The notes: generated from the letters alone by a model not told the origin. DNA of 63,583 nucleotides, filler included, from Octopus bimaculoides (GCF_001194135.2; 5 parts of 4 records of this genome joined end to end with filler, not necessarily neighbours in it); one strand, 5' to 3'; positions 38,591-51,047 are shown, counted from the first letter of the whole stretch. A program made the numbers and translations.

Positions 38591-40465
38591 CAAAATCATG
38601 TGATCTCACAATCCTGGTGGCTGTAGCAGACAATTTTCATTTGCCAACAATATAAATATCAGTACTTTTATATACTATGAGTTCATGTGAAAGGTCCTTT
38701 CAAGATAAATAATGCAGTATTCTATGTTCTAACACAACATCCAAGTTAAGTTGGAGACAAAGAATATCTTTTGGTATTAATACTGCTTCTGTGGTAATTA
38801 ATAATTAAAAAAAAATAAATTCTTTCTATGAGGCCTTATACTGGTATATGACCTGGTGGTCAATAACCCTTGATTTAGGGTTTCATACAGAATTGATTTC
38901 AAATATTGAAACATACCCTTGTTTCCTTTGAAATGCGGTTAAATTCTATCATTTTTGCCATTTCCCTTGCACTCTGTTTAAATTTTTTTCTTCATCAATT
39001 CATTTTTTCAATTTGAGCTCTTTCTTTTTCACTGTTTCTCTCTCTCTACGTCTCACTTTGTCTGTCTATCTGTCTGTTTGTCTTTCATTTTTTAATTTTT
39101 TTGTAATTCAATGTTTCTTTTCCTTTTTATTTTCTGCGTCTGACTCTCTGTCTTGCCTTTAACTTTCCATTCGCCCTTTGACACACTCATCAATACAATT
39201 TTCCTTTCCTTTCTTCCTTTACTTGTCTCACAATTCTCTCTCTCGTACCGCGTTTTTACCCTCATTTCTAGCAGGCTGTTTGCTATCTCTTCTCTCTTTC
39301 TCCTTTTCTCTTCTCATTTCCTCCCCCTCTCCCCCTCTCTCTTTTTCTATCATCATCATCATCATCATGTTTCTTTATTGCTTTTCCTCATATTTGTAGA
39401 AATCTTCTCATTTGCAATTAACACATTCTAAGGAAATAAGAGGAGAGAGAAAGAAAGAAAGAAAGAGAGAGAGAGAAAGAAAGAAGGAAAGAGAAAGAGA
39501 GAGAAAGAAAGGAAGAGAAAGAAGGATATCTAAAACAACCACATAATGAAATTTGATTGGATGTTTTGTGTGGATGTTTTGTGTATACATTAGTTATCGG
39601 AATCGGTTCAAGAGGAAAGCAAAATAGTGTATTAGTCTTAAAACAGAAACAAAGCAGTGTGTTTTAGTGTGTGGACTGGTTAGACCCAGATTATGCTATC
39701 AGGTTCAGAAAAAATTTTGTTATCAAGATATGGTTGTTGAACGGATCAAGAAAACAAATTTCATACACATCTTGACATTTCCACTGATAAAACTGTAACA
39801 AACTCCTGCTGCTGTTTAAAGGTAAAGGTTTAATTAAAAGAAAAAATTGGTATTTCTTTAATCATCATCATCAGTGTTTTATTGTTTGCATGTTCACTTT
39901 TACAAGCTTGTATAAACTAAGTAAAATTTACTGAGGTAGATTTTTTTGCAGCCAGATGCGCTTTCTGTCTCAACCATCAATTTTTTCCAAGTAAGGTGAT
40001 ATTTCCTCTAGTCCTTTGAACACGAAACAGTTCAATGGCTGGCGATTGCAAGCAAACACACATGCAATAGGTTTCTTTCAGTTTCTATCCACCATTTCCA
40101 CTCAAAAGATTTTTGGTTGCCTTAAGCTTTTCTTGAAGTCTCTAACCCAAAGTGTCGTTTGTTTGGTGGAAATGAACCCAAAACCATGTCGCTGCAAAGC
40201 TTATGTCTCAGATGTCCTGTAAAGTGTCATGGATACTGCCTTTCCACCTGATTAAAAATTTTAAAAAACACAGGTAAAACATCCATATTGCAACCGAAGA
40301 ATGTGAGTTTATATTTTACCAGGGGTACCATATACATCTTAGGAATTACACATATTCCTCCCTGTTATATTCTTTTTTATTCTTTTTTTCTTTTTACTTG
40401 CTTCGGTCATTTGACTGCAGCTATTCTGGAGCACTGCCTTTAGTCAAAGAAATCGATCCCATGAC

Positions 40466-40565
40466 NNNNNNNNNNNNNNNNNNNNNNNNNNNNNNNNNNN
40501 NNNNNNNNNTTAATTAATTAANNNNNNNNNNNNNNNNNNNNNNNNNNNNNNNNNNNNNNNNNNNN
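40466..40565. other. Artificial assembly spacer: 44 N, TTAATTAATTAA, 44 N
   Basis: Linker at 40510-40521. Confidence 0.9.
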
Positions 40566-41015
40566 AATAACCCTGAAATCCGGATACGTTCGTGCTGCTG
40601 GTCGAGGTGAGAGGGATAACTCCCTTGGCAAACAGGACACAGTCGTGTGTCGATAAGCCAGCTGGAGGAGATGTCCTCCTGGGGCTAAAAGCAACAGTAA
40701 CATCCACCCCTAGGGGTCAGCCACACTTAAGTGGCAATATACTACACTTTATCGTGCAGTTACTGTTAATACTTCATTTAGAGAATTAACATTGCTTATA
40801 TATATATATATATATATATATATAACTTAAATGGTATATATAGGCACAGGCGTGGCTGTGTGGTTGGACGGTTGTTTCCCACTCCCTGTCACCTTGGGCA
40901 TATGTCTCCTACTATAGCCCCTGGCTAACCAAAGCCTTGGGAGTGTATTTGGTAGACGGAAACTGAAAGAAGCCTGTTGTGTGTGTAAATATATATATAT
41001 ATAAATATATATATA

Positions 41016-42616
41016 CACAGTGCCTCACAGAAGTATGTACACCCATATAAAATTGCCTGATAATATCAAAGGAAATCAAACGAAATTTATACTGAATAAA
41101 ATATATCATACATGCAGGCATTATACAAATTTGGAACAAAAAAAATAATAAACATTTTCAAAGATTTGAACAAAATATTAATTTTCAAACATTACAAAAA
41201 TATGTACACCCTAAAGGAAATTTACTATATCCAATAATTTATCTACTTTTTTTGCTAAATTCAGATATTGCTAATAATTACAATTCTAATAGATTATTTC
41301 TTTGGCCATTTTTGCACTGGCCATTGTTATTGCATCTTCAGAAATTCTGATTAGTGTATCATGGTGAAAATCTTCATTGTGATTAAAATGGCACCAAAAG
41401 GAAAAGAATTGTCTGAAGATTTGAAAAAAATTATTTTTAATTTGCACAAGAATGGTTTAGGATACAAGTTAATTAGCAAACGAATACATATTAGCATCAT
41501 CACAGATGCCAAAGTAATTCAGAAGTACAAAGCTACTGGATGACTAAGCTATAAACATCATCCAGATCATCCTTCTATTTTAACTGTGTGATATTTGCCA
41601 CATCCAATGTTGCATGATGGACGACAGGTGTCATACCGCTTCATCTTTGGCCCAAGAAATACCTTCTGTTAGTGAAAAGAGTGTATCCACCCAAACAGTT
41701 TGCCCCAGTGTGGTCTTCATGGATGCCTTGTAGGAAGCCTCTCCTCACTATCAGGCATAAATCAAGTCTTCTTTCTTTTGCTGAAACCTGTTTGAGTAAG
41801 GGAAAGAAATCTGGGAATAAAATTCTTTTTTCTTATGAGACTAAAATCAACTTGTTTGGGTCAGATGATATTAAACAGGTATGGCTGTAACCAGGTGAAG
41901 ATAATAGCAACAAATGCACTGTGCTTACTGTGAAACATGGCGGCAGAAGTATTATACTTTGGGGATGCATGAGTGCGGCTGGTGTGGAAGGACTCACATA
42001 TATTGAGGGAACAATGGATTCAAGGCTTTATTGTGACATATTGCAGAAAACAATGTTGAAAAGTATCAGAGAACTAGGAAGACGTTCCATGTTCCAACAC
42101 GATAATGACCTTAAACACACTTCAAAGATGACGACTAAGTTTTTATCAGATAAAAAGGTAAAGGTATTGTCTTGGCCTACTATGTCACTTGATTTAAACC
42201 CAATAGAACATCTGTGGAGTGTTTTGAAAAGGAAGATTAAGGAGAAAAAATCCTGCAATGTAACACAGTTGAAAGATATCATTCAGGATGAATGAAGGTC
42301 AATTTCATCAGTTATATGTGGAAATTTAATCAATTCTATGCCCAGAAGACAATGCTGTCATTGAAAGTAAAGACCATCTCACCAAATATTGAATATAGCA
42401 AATAATCCTTTAGGGTGTTGATATTTTTGTATCGTTTGAAAATTAATATTTCATTCACATCTTTGAAAATGTTTATTGTTTTGTGTTTCTAACTTGTATA
42501 ATGTTTGCATGTATAATATGGTTTATTCAGAATAAATTTCGTTTGATTTCCTTCCATTTTATCAGAGTAATGGCAATTTTACTGAAATTTTTTAGGGGTG
42601 TGCATACTTCTGTGAG

Positions 42617-42624
<8 letters not shown>
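41016..42624 (+). mobile_element. Tc1-family transposon of IR/DR type, about 1.6 kb
   Basis: About 200-bp imperfect inverted repeats. Left IR has TATGTACACCC at 41034 and 41201; right IR has the complementary motifs at about 42407-42430 and 42595-42621. Confidence 0.9.
41388..42390 (+). pseudogene. Tc1 DD34E transposase pseudogene
   Basis: MAPKGKELSEDLK..., ETKINLFGSD, TVKHGG..I.LWGCMSAAG, FQHDNDLKH, W..MSLDLNPIEHLW; several stops and frameshifts. Confidence 0.9.
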
Positions 42625-42681
<57 letters not shown>

Positions 42682-42944
42682 GTATGCGTGTGCATGTGTA
42701 TCTATGTGTGTGTCTTTGTGTTTGTGTTTGTTCCCACCAGCACTTGCCAACTGGTGTTGGTGTGTTTACATCCCCATAACTTAGTGGTTTGGCAAAAGAG
42801 ACCAATAAAATAAGTATCAGGCTTTAAAAAATAAATAAGCCATAGGGTCAATTTGTTTGATTAAAAACCCTTCAAGGTGGCCGCAATCAAAATGACTGAA
42901 ACAAGTAAAAGATAAAAGATATATGTATATGTATATATATATAT

Positions 42945-43810
42945 CATCATCATCATCATCATCATTTAACGTCCATGTTCCATGGGTGGGGCAGTACCAC
43001 AAGGAAGAAATGTGAGAAAGAGAAGAGATATAAATTGGTTTGTTGGGGTAGGGTGAGGGAAAAGTTTTCTTGTTACACGTGGGTGGAACACCCAGGTCTG
43101 GGGCTAGTAGATGGCAATAATAGAAGTGAGACAAGGCATGCGGATAGAATGCACAGGTTGGGGAGCAAGCAGAGAGCAATGATACAGTGGCACTGGGCCA
43201 AGAGGACAAGATTGGGGAGTGGGTGGTAATCATAGTACATGAAGTGGGAATGTGAGGAAGAGAAGGGATGTAGAGATGTAGTTTGGTTCATTGTGGTAGA
43301 GTGTATGAGAAGTTTTCTAAACAGCGCTTTAGAACTCAGTTTTGCTGATGTAGGCGAGTCTTCTTAAAAACTCCATATTGCCAGACATCTCAGTCCATGG
43401 TCATTTCCTCCGTGAGGTCCAACTTCCTGAGATCAGTCCTTACCACTTCATCCCATGTCTTCCTGGGTCTCCCTCTTCTATGGGTACCATCCACTTTCAG
43501 TGATTGGCACTTCTTTATGCAGCTGTCTTCATTCATATGCTTCACATGTCCTAACCAACGTAGTCTTCTCTCTTGCATGCTACATTTGATTCCTCTTATG
43601 CCCAACTCTTCTCTCAATACACTTGCATTTTGCCATACATGTGCACCGATGTTGCACACCCAATGGAGCATACTACCTTCGTTTCTCTCCAGTCTACACA
43701 TGTCTTCAGCATTCAGAGTTCATGTTTCACTACCATGGAGTATGGTCATTCACACACAAGCATCATATAGCCTACCTTTCACTTTGAGAGAGAGTCCTTT
43801 TGTTGCCAAC
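42945..43810 (-). mobile_element. 5'-truncated RTE LINE: RT C-terminus, deleted 3' UTR, (GAT)n tail
   Basis: LATKGLSLKVKGRLYDACV, then RLERNEGSMLHW...QERRLRWLGHV...RRGRPRKTWDEVVRTDL. Confidence 0.9.
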
Positions 43811-43819
43811 CCTATTCTT

Positions 43820-43980
43820 ATTCTAGAAGCACCCAGGATACTCTGTAAAGTTGTTGGCATTAGGAAGTGCATCCAACTGTAAAAAACCATGCCACAACAG
43901 ACAACTGGAGTCTGGACTGTCCACCCCCAGCTGGTCAGTATGGAAGACAAACATTTAACAATGATGATGATGACGATGAT
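43820..43980 (+). mobile_element. Family D / RTE 3' end, head-to-head with the preceding RTE
   Basis: GGCATTAGGAAGTGCATCCAACTGTAAAAAACC...CATTTAACAATGATGATGATGAC. Confidence 0.7.
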
Positions 43981-43987
43981 ACACACA

Positions 43988-44043
<56 letters not shown>

Positions 44044-44274
44044 AATCCTTTTTTTCTTTTTTACTTGTTTCAGTCATTTGAGTCATTTGACTGTGGCCAT
44101 GCTGGAACACCTCCTTTAGTCAAGCAAACTGACCCCATGACTTATTCTCTGTAAGCTTAGTACTTATTCTATTGGTCCCTTTTGCCAAACCACTAAGTTA
44201 CGGGGAAGTAAACACACCAGCATCAGTTGTCAAGCAATGTTGGGGGGACAAGCACAGACACACAAACATACACC

Positions 44275-44305
<31 letters not shown>

Positions 44306-44307
<2 letters not shown>

Positions 44308-44700
44308 CATCATCATCATCGATTAACGTCTGTTTTCTATGCTGGCATGGGTTTGACGGTTTGACTGAAGTCTGGAGAGCCAGCGGCTGCACCAGGCTCC
44401 AATCTGGTCTGACAGAGTTTCTACAGCTGGATGCCCTTACTAATAATGCCAACCACTCCAAGAGCGTAGTGGGTGCTTTTTACATGCCACCAGCACAGGA
44501 GCCAGTAAGGCGAGCCTGGCAATGATCACATTTGGATGGTGTTTTTGCATGCCACTGGCACAGGAGCCAGTCAGGGGGTACTGGCATTGGTCATGATTGG
44601 TTGGTGCTTTTTATGTGCCACTGGCACAGGAGTCAGTCAGTGGGCACCAGCCCCAGCTATGATATTGGTTTTACTTGACTGAACAGGTCTTCTCAAGCAT
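44306..44700 (-). mobile_element. Family D / RTE 3' end with about 65-bp internal tandem repeats
   Basis: Family D core followed by three copies of GGTG.TTTT.A..TGCCAC..GCACAGGAG.CAGT. Confidence 0.8.
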
Positions 44701-45554
44701 ATCATATTGCCCGATGCATCAGGAATATTCTTAACAGGGCTGGACGTAATATTTCATGTTACATTCACTTAAATTTTATCTTCAAACAATGCTTTACTTT
44801 AAAAAGGAAGCGTTATATATCTAATGGAGTTTATTTCTTTAAAAATAGTTTAAGTTGTCTTAAGTCATCATCATCACCATGTCAAATTCACTTTTCCGTT
44901 TGTGTATGGGTCAAGTAGAATATTAAGGCAAATTTTTTACAGCCAGATAACTTTCCTGTCACCCAACCCACATCTATTTCCAAGCAAGGTAATTTTTTTC
45001 CCCAGGGATAGACATGTTATTGAGGTATATTGGAAATGAATGGCACTGTTTGTATAACAGGGACAATCATTTACAACTATCATGTGAAGTGAAGACAAGG
45101 AGACACAAACACACACAATCATACACCCACCCCATGATGGGTTTCTTTCAGTTTCCAAATCCTCTTACAAGACTTTGGTCAACTTTGGGCTATAGTAGAA
45201 GATACCTTGTTCATGGTGTCATGCAGTGGGAGTGAACCTGGAACCATGCGGTCATGATGTAAACATCTTACTAGACAGCTACACCTGCATCTTCAAGTGT
45301 TCTTTATATTTTTGAAGTGATAAACAAAGATGTTCCTCTGGTATATTTTATATGGTTTATTACTTTTGAATCCTTCTACTTTATAGTCTTTTGATAAAAC
45401 CAACCTTTTTTAAAATTTGTTATTTTTAATTATCTGTCACTTTAATAAATAATTAAATAAAATGTCACAACAGCCTTACTATAGTCTTTAAGCCCAAACT
45501 TTAATGTTAAGCTACTGAAAAGGAGCCTGATGCCCTCCACAGGCTATGTCATCA

Positions 45555-45720
45555 TTATCCTCATCATTGTTGTCATTGTTTAATGTCTGCTTTCCATGCT
45601 GACATGGGTTGGACGGTTTGACTGAGGGCTGGCAAGCCAGAAAGCCACACCAGGCTCCAATCCGATCTGGCAATGTTTCTACAGCTGGATGCCATTCCTA
45701 ATGCCAACCACTCTGAGAGG
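45555..45720 (-). mobile_element. Family D / RTE 3' end
   Basis: GTTTAATGTCTGCTTTCCATGCTGACATGGGTTGGACGG...CTGGATGCCATTCCTAATGCCAACC. Confidence 0.8.
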
Positions 45721-45810
45721 GACCATTGGCTTCACACCTATAAAGTGATTAGAACTATATGCAACTCGTCAGAAGGTGCATAACAATAAGTTATGCACCT
45801 TCAATGATTT

Positions 45811-45863
45811 GAGTCTGATGAGTTACTTATACTGCTTTATAGGTGGGAAACCAGCGGTTACTC
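45811..45863 (+). ncRNA. Type I hammerhead-ribozyme-like motif, probably degenerate
   Basis: Stem I GAGT/ACTC; CTGATGA (45815-45821); stem II TTACTTATA/TATAGGTGG with a 6-nt loop; GAAA (45847-45850); short stem III ACC-AGC-GGT; site GUU. The G10.1-C11.1 pair is missing. Confidence 0.55.
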
Positions 45864-46252
45864 TATGACAGGTCATAACGTTTAACTTCCTGTATATTTG
45901 AAAGAAGTTTTAATTAAAAGCTTAAAGCAAGTTCTATTCACTTGTTACATACTTACACCTCATTCTGAAGTAAACCACCTTGGTGATGCACCTGAGCATC
46001 ACAACCTTAGAGTTAGATGGATTTTTGTTTATATTTTGGGATGCTAATTTCAAATATACCATCTGTTTTCTTATTTCTGCTCTAGTCTTGGATATACAGC
46101 ATATCCATAGAAACCCCAGTTGCACCTTAATTTAGACCTACTTTTGTGTATATACGGCCCCCAGTTTTGTCCAATTAGTTAATGATTTATATTTTGATAC
46201 AAAAATAACAACAGTGCTATATTTAAGAGATGAAGAATTATGTACATTACTT

Positions 46253-46373
46253 ACATTATTTACAATTGATGGATATTTGTCCTCATCTTGTTTGTTGTTA
46301 ACGTATATTAGCCGAAACCTTGTGTTAACAACAAACAAGATGAGGGCAAATATTAGTCAAATGTAAATAATGT
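46253..46373. mobile_element. 50-bp inverted repeat with 21-nt spacer; probable inverted Penelope-like pseudo-LTR remnant
   Basis: Arms 46253-46302 and 46324-46373 are 45/50 complementary; the spacer contains GCCGAAAC. The Penelope assignment is from recall. Confidence 0.6.
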
Positions 46374-47177
46374 AAATAAGTATAAAACAAATGTATAACA
46401 AAATATATGCTTGTGCACACATATGTGTGAGTCTGTGTTTGTACTCATACACACACACACACACACACACATATAAACATAGACAGACAATCAGATAAGA
46501 CAGGTAGATAGATGAAGGTAAATGTCAATTTGGTTTCATATGTAAAGGTTTTGTTTATATTTTAATTGGTTTATGAATATATGACAAGCATTACACCATT
46601 GTCAAAGAAAACTATTTTTATGCTTGGAATTCTAGCTATTCTAAGTGTAACTGTTGTGTATTTATAAGATACAATTCCAGTAAATGGTTGTGTTATGTTA
46701 TATGAACCTAAATGTAAGTAATGTTCTACAATTAAATAATTACTTGTCAGTAATCAAATCAAGTATTAGTCACACCCTATAGTGATCACTTGGCAGTTTC
46801 TCCTCAAATACTAATCCTAATAAGCTAATTGAAACAATATCTATCATTAGGGGAAAAATAAAACAACAAAAAGAGTATACTCTTGATTAGTTCTTTGAAA
46901 TATTTGCGGTTGTTCAGAGTTGATTAATTACGAGCGCAGAAATTCAAATATCATACGTTCACAGCTACCATTATTGATAATAAACCTTAGTGGAATATTC
47001 ATCAGGTTTATGTATTGAGCTAAAACATGTATGTGATTACTTGCTAAGATAATTACGTTTAACGAGGAAAACAGATTCATTTGTATCTAATAAATCTGGA
47101 AGCTTGCGTTTGGTTGGTATTAGAATAAACTTCAAAATAATATGTTTTCTTAACTAAAGGAACAGTGGACAAATATA

Positions 47178-48074
47178 TGAGGTCTGATCAATAAGTAACC
47201 GAACTGTTGCTATAGTAACGAAGCTAAAGCACACAGAATGAAGCCACTTGGCACAAATTGGCCGTGAACTCTGCTGTGCATGTGCACTAAGTTTTAACGT
47301 TCTAGTTTACTTCTGCTGTTTACAACGATGCTTAGAAGGAACATGTGTAGCATGTTATTGTTGCATTGACCATGACAGAGAAAGTTGTCATAGCGATACC
47401 TGCTCAGAGGCCTATGTAAAGTTGCAGAAAGTGTATAGAGAGGAGTGCATGAGCTGCACACAAGTGTACAAGATGGCCGATAAAATGTCGATAGTGTAAA
47501 AACATTCTGGGAGACCAACAGAACTGAAAAAAACATTGCAGATGTGCGTGCAGCTGTGAAAGGAGATCGTCGAATCACCATCTGTGTGTTATCAGAGGAT
47601 GTGCAGATTAGTTACGGTTCAAATTATATACATTAGTTACGGTTCAGTTCAATCCATTATCACTGACAATTTGGGTATGAGATACTTGTCTGCCAAGTTT
47701 GTGCCAAAACTGCTTTCAGCTGACCAAAAAGATATTCAGGTTTCAGTTGCGTAAGATCTCCTTAATTGTGTCGAGAATGATGAAAACTTTTTGAAAACTT
47801 TGCATAAGCCTCTGAGCAGGTATCACCAAGCTTTTGGCAAAATTTGATGCAGATTCTCTGCTCAACTTTCTCTATCGTGATCAATGCGGTGATCACACAC
47901 TACACTACACACATTCCTTCCAAGCACTGCCGTAAACAGAAGTGAGCTAGAACATTAAAACTTAGTGCACATGCACAGCTGAGTTCAAGGTCAATCTGTG
48001 TTGAGTGGCTTCACTCTACGTGCTTTAGCTTCATTACTATGGCAACAGTCCGGATACTTATTGATCAAACCACG
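47178..48074. mobile_element. Non-autonomous mariner (irritans-like) built from two inverted 5' ends
   Basis: TA-flanked. Left arm carries the transposase N-terminus to ...LSAKFVPKLLSADQK...ENDENFLK; right arm (about 47796-48074) is an inverted 5' end including MTEKVEQRICIKF-like sequence. Confidence 0.85.
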
Positions 48075-48339
48075 TATAGTTGTGTTAAATTTTGTGAGTT
48101 GCATTAAAAGACAAGAATTCAATCCTGAGTCAAGGAAATGTATTGTCAGTATCAGAAGTAGCAGCAGAAAATGCAGTAGTGTTGTTGTATGTTTATACTT
48201 GTATGAACTGGATAGGTCTTCTTCAGCACTGCATCTCACTACTTGTCTTACTTGGTTTTACTCTTCCATATGTTCCTTCCATTTAGATCACTTTGTATAT
48301 CTTTATCCAGCTCTTATTCTTCATGTAAATCACATACCT

Positions 48340-48880
48340 GTATTGGTGCATGAAACCTGCCAACACAAACGACCTGCACCTTCTCACTGGCATTGCTCCA
48401 GCAAATAGCCAGCTGGGTCAAGATGGTAAAGATTTCTAGTAATAAATGTTATCTCTGCCATGGACATCAACCCCCAACTCAACAACTTTTATTCAAAAAG
48501 AAGCTTTCTCAGTTATGTCCAGCCCCCAACAACATCTCAAAAAGAGACTAGGCTTCATCTCTGGAAGGAGAAGTTCAAGAATGACCCTCCTCCAATTGAT
48601 ATGAGAATCCCTCCTGCTGAAGACCTCCCTCTTGGCTCAGCGCACCATGAATTTAGTGGGAAACACTGAACCACCTGAGAATGATGAAAATGAGAACAAG
48701 GCAATTAGAAGTTGCATTGGTCAGACTATAAGACTAGCCCAACTGTCTGTGATCAGAGAGAAGCAGATCATATTATGGAGTACTGCCTCATCTGTTCTCT
48801 ACTACACAACCCCTGCAGTACAAAAGACCTTGCAGAGATCAATAAAAATGCAAAGAACCATGTAAAGAAATGAGAAACAG
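48340..48880 (+). pseudogene. Non-LTR retrotransposon C-terminal fragment, RTE-X-like
   Basis: LHLLTGIAP, SKRSFLSYVQP, ETRLHLWKE, EDLPLG, WETLNHLR, DHIMEYC, CSTKDLAE, with frameshifts. Confidence 0.55.
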
Positions 48881-49651
48881 TTTTATAATCATTACACTTC
48901 AAATAATTAAAAGAAGATCCAACTCAATCTTCTCTCTTGCATACCACAGTTGATTTCTCTTATAGTCATATTTTCCCTCAACTTATTATTTTCCATCATA
49001 CATGTATGCTAACATTACACATCCAGTGAAATATGCTCTGCCCTGTTTCTATCCAAGTATCCCATGCATTTAATGCCCAAGTTTCCCTACCTTTGCCAAC
49101 TGCAATCATAGCTCTCTGAACTTTTTCTACCTTGCCTTATTCTGGTTAATACACTTTTTGGACCGCTCAGTTACTTTAGTGAATTTTCTAAGCATTTCAA
49201 AGAATCCGTTTCATGGCTACTTTTACGACTAAAATCTCTGTAAATTTGCCGAGTATAAAGTTTTTCTTTTTAATCTGCCCCACTTGTGTCCATGTAGTTT
49301 ACATTGAGTACACAGGGCTTCTACATACTCCTTTGTTGCATATCAAGAATGACCACTTCCAAAATGGTTATAGATTCCTATGTTCTTTCCTTTTGACTAT
49401 AATTCTCTATACTTGGTTTATTTTTAGGCCACTCAAGTCTAGACTGCACATTTATGGATGTAAGTGTGCATGGGTAACTTCTAGCATCAAATCGTATTTT
49501 TGCAATTGCCTATGTTTTAAGATCTGAACTTGACAACCTGCTGTCTACTAGCCTTTTCCATGATTGAATACCATAAATTCCATCATCATGCCTCACCACC
49601 ATCACCTTTCAGTTTCTTTCTTTTTCTTTCTTTCTTCCAGCACTGGCCACC

Positions 49652-49712
<61 letters not shown>

Positions 49713-50266
49713 GGGTGAGAGAGCAATGCATGCTATCAAAGTGACACTAGGATAAAATATACAAAGCTCAATATACCCACCATGACTATCTGTCTGTTAA
49801 GGGTACACCAGGAACATGCATCACAACCATGTGTGTGACATGGTGAGCTCATACTAAGATGAACAGTGCATGATCTTACAGGTGGGGCCCAGTTAGAATT
49901 TTCTTCAGGTTGAGTAGCCCATCCTGCTCAAAATGTCCCTGAATAAGGGCTGTTTAAGGATGTTAAATGAAACACCCATGTTTCCAGAGGTGAATCATCC
50001 AAACCCCAAAGAATTCCTCTCAACACATGGCTCTGATGCTCCCCCACTACTTCTGATCATGATCAGAGATGCAAATATCATCAGCCACCAAGAGACATGC
50101 TCACACTAATTAAGGTGAAGTAATTGACAAGCAAATCTGTGGTATTGAGCAGAATATCTGCTGTGGCCCATCTTCTATACCAAGACAAAACAATGTATAT
50201 GATAACACTTCCAATCAGTTAAGATAAGAAGCTATGAGAACCAGTGCCTGGTACTACATCAAGGCA
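49713..50266 (-). mobile_element. Interspersed repeat family F, copy 1, (AAT)n-tailed
   Basis: About 550 bp, collinear with copy 2, abutting (ATT)n at 49645-49712. Confidence 0.8.
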
Positions 50267-50287
50267 TTTATCATTATTATTATTAAT

Positions 50288-50782
50288 GAGTGAGAGAGCA
50301 GTGCATGCCATCAAAACGACACTGGGGTAAAAAAAAAAGAAGAAGCCCAGTATACCCATCATGACTACCCATCTGATAAGGGTACACCAGGCACATGCAT
50401 CACAACTATATGTGCGCAAGATAGTGATCTCATATCAAGATAAACAGCACATGACCTCACAGGTGGGGCCCTCTTAGAATTTTCTTCAGGTCGAGTAGCC
50501 CATCCTGCTCAAAAGGTCCCTGAATAAAGGTTGTTTAAGGATGTTGAATGAAACACCCATGTTTCCAAAGGTGAATTATCCAAACCCCAAAGAATTCCTT
50601 TAAACACATGGCTATGATACTCCCCACTACTTCTGCTCATGATCAGAGATACACATATCGTCAGCTACTAAAGGACATGCTCAACTGGTTAGGTTCAAAC
50701 AACTGACAAGCATATCTGTGATATTGAGCAGAATATTTGCTGTAGACCATCTTTTATACCAAAACAAAACAATGTACATGAT
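50288..50782 (-). mobile_element. Family F, copy 2 (tandem, truncated)
   Basis: GAGAGAGCA.TGCATGC.ATCAAA..GACACT.GG...CTTGTATACCAA.ACAAAACAATGTA.ATGATA-like sequence repeated from copy 1. Confidence 0.8.
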
Positions 50783-50784
50783 AC

Positions 50785-51034
50785 TATTATTATTATTATT
50801 ATTATTTTATGTTTGACTTTTGTTTTGCATTTGTACAAGTTGGATCCAAGTCTCACCCAGAGACCTCAAGAGACAACAAGTTAGAAGTTCATGTAGGTGT
50901 TATGCCTAGGGTACCATATATTTGGATTTGTACAGTTTTGTTCTAGTGAATGTTTAAGAAACCATAAGAAAATTATGTGTTTGTTTTAAAATTTGAGATC
51001 ACATAGACAGTATTTTACGTAGGATATGGGTAGT
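50785..51034 (-). mobile_element. R4/Dong-like LINE extreme 3' end
   Basis: Minus strand TTHILRKILSM* (stop at 50999-51001) resembles the R4/Dong C-terminus GTAHILRKVL; about 200-bp UTR, then an (AAT)n tail. Confidence 0.5.
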
Positions 51035-51047
51035 TATTATTATTATT

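Larger units (their letters stand above)
40840..42910 (+). mobile_element. Family O CORE SINE split by the Tc1 insertion
   Basis: Head and core at 40840-40985; tail at 42625-42910; the Tc1 sits in the internal TA/GT microsatellite. Confidence 0.75.
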
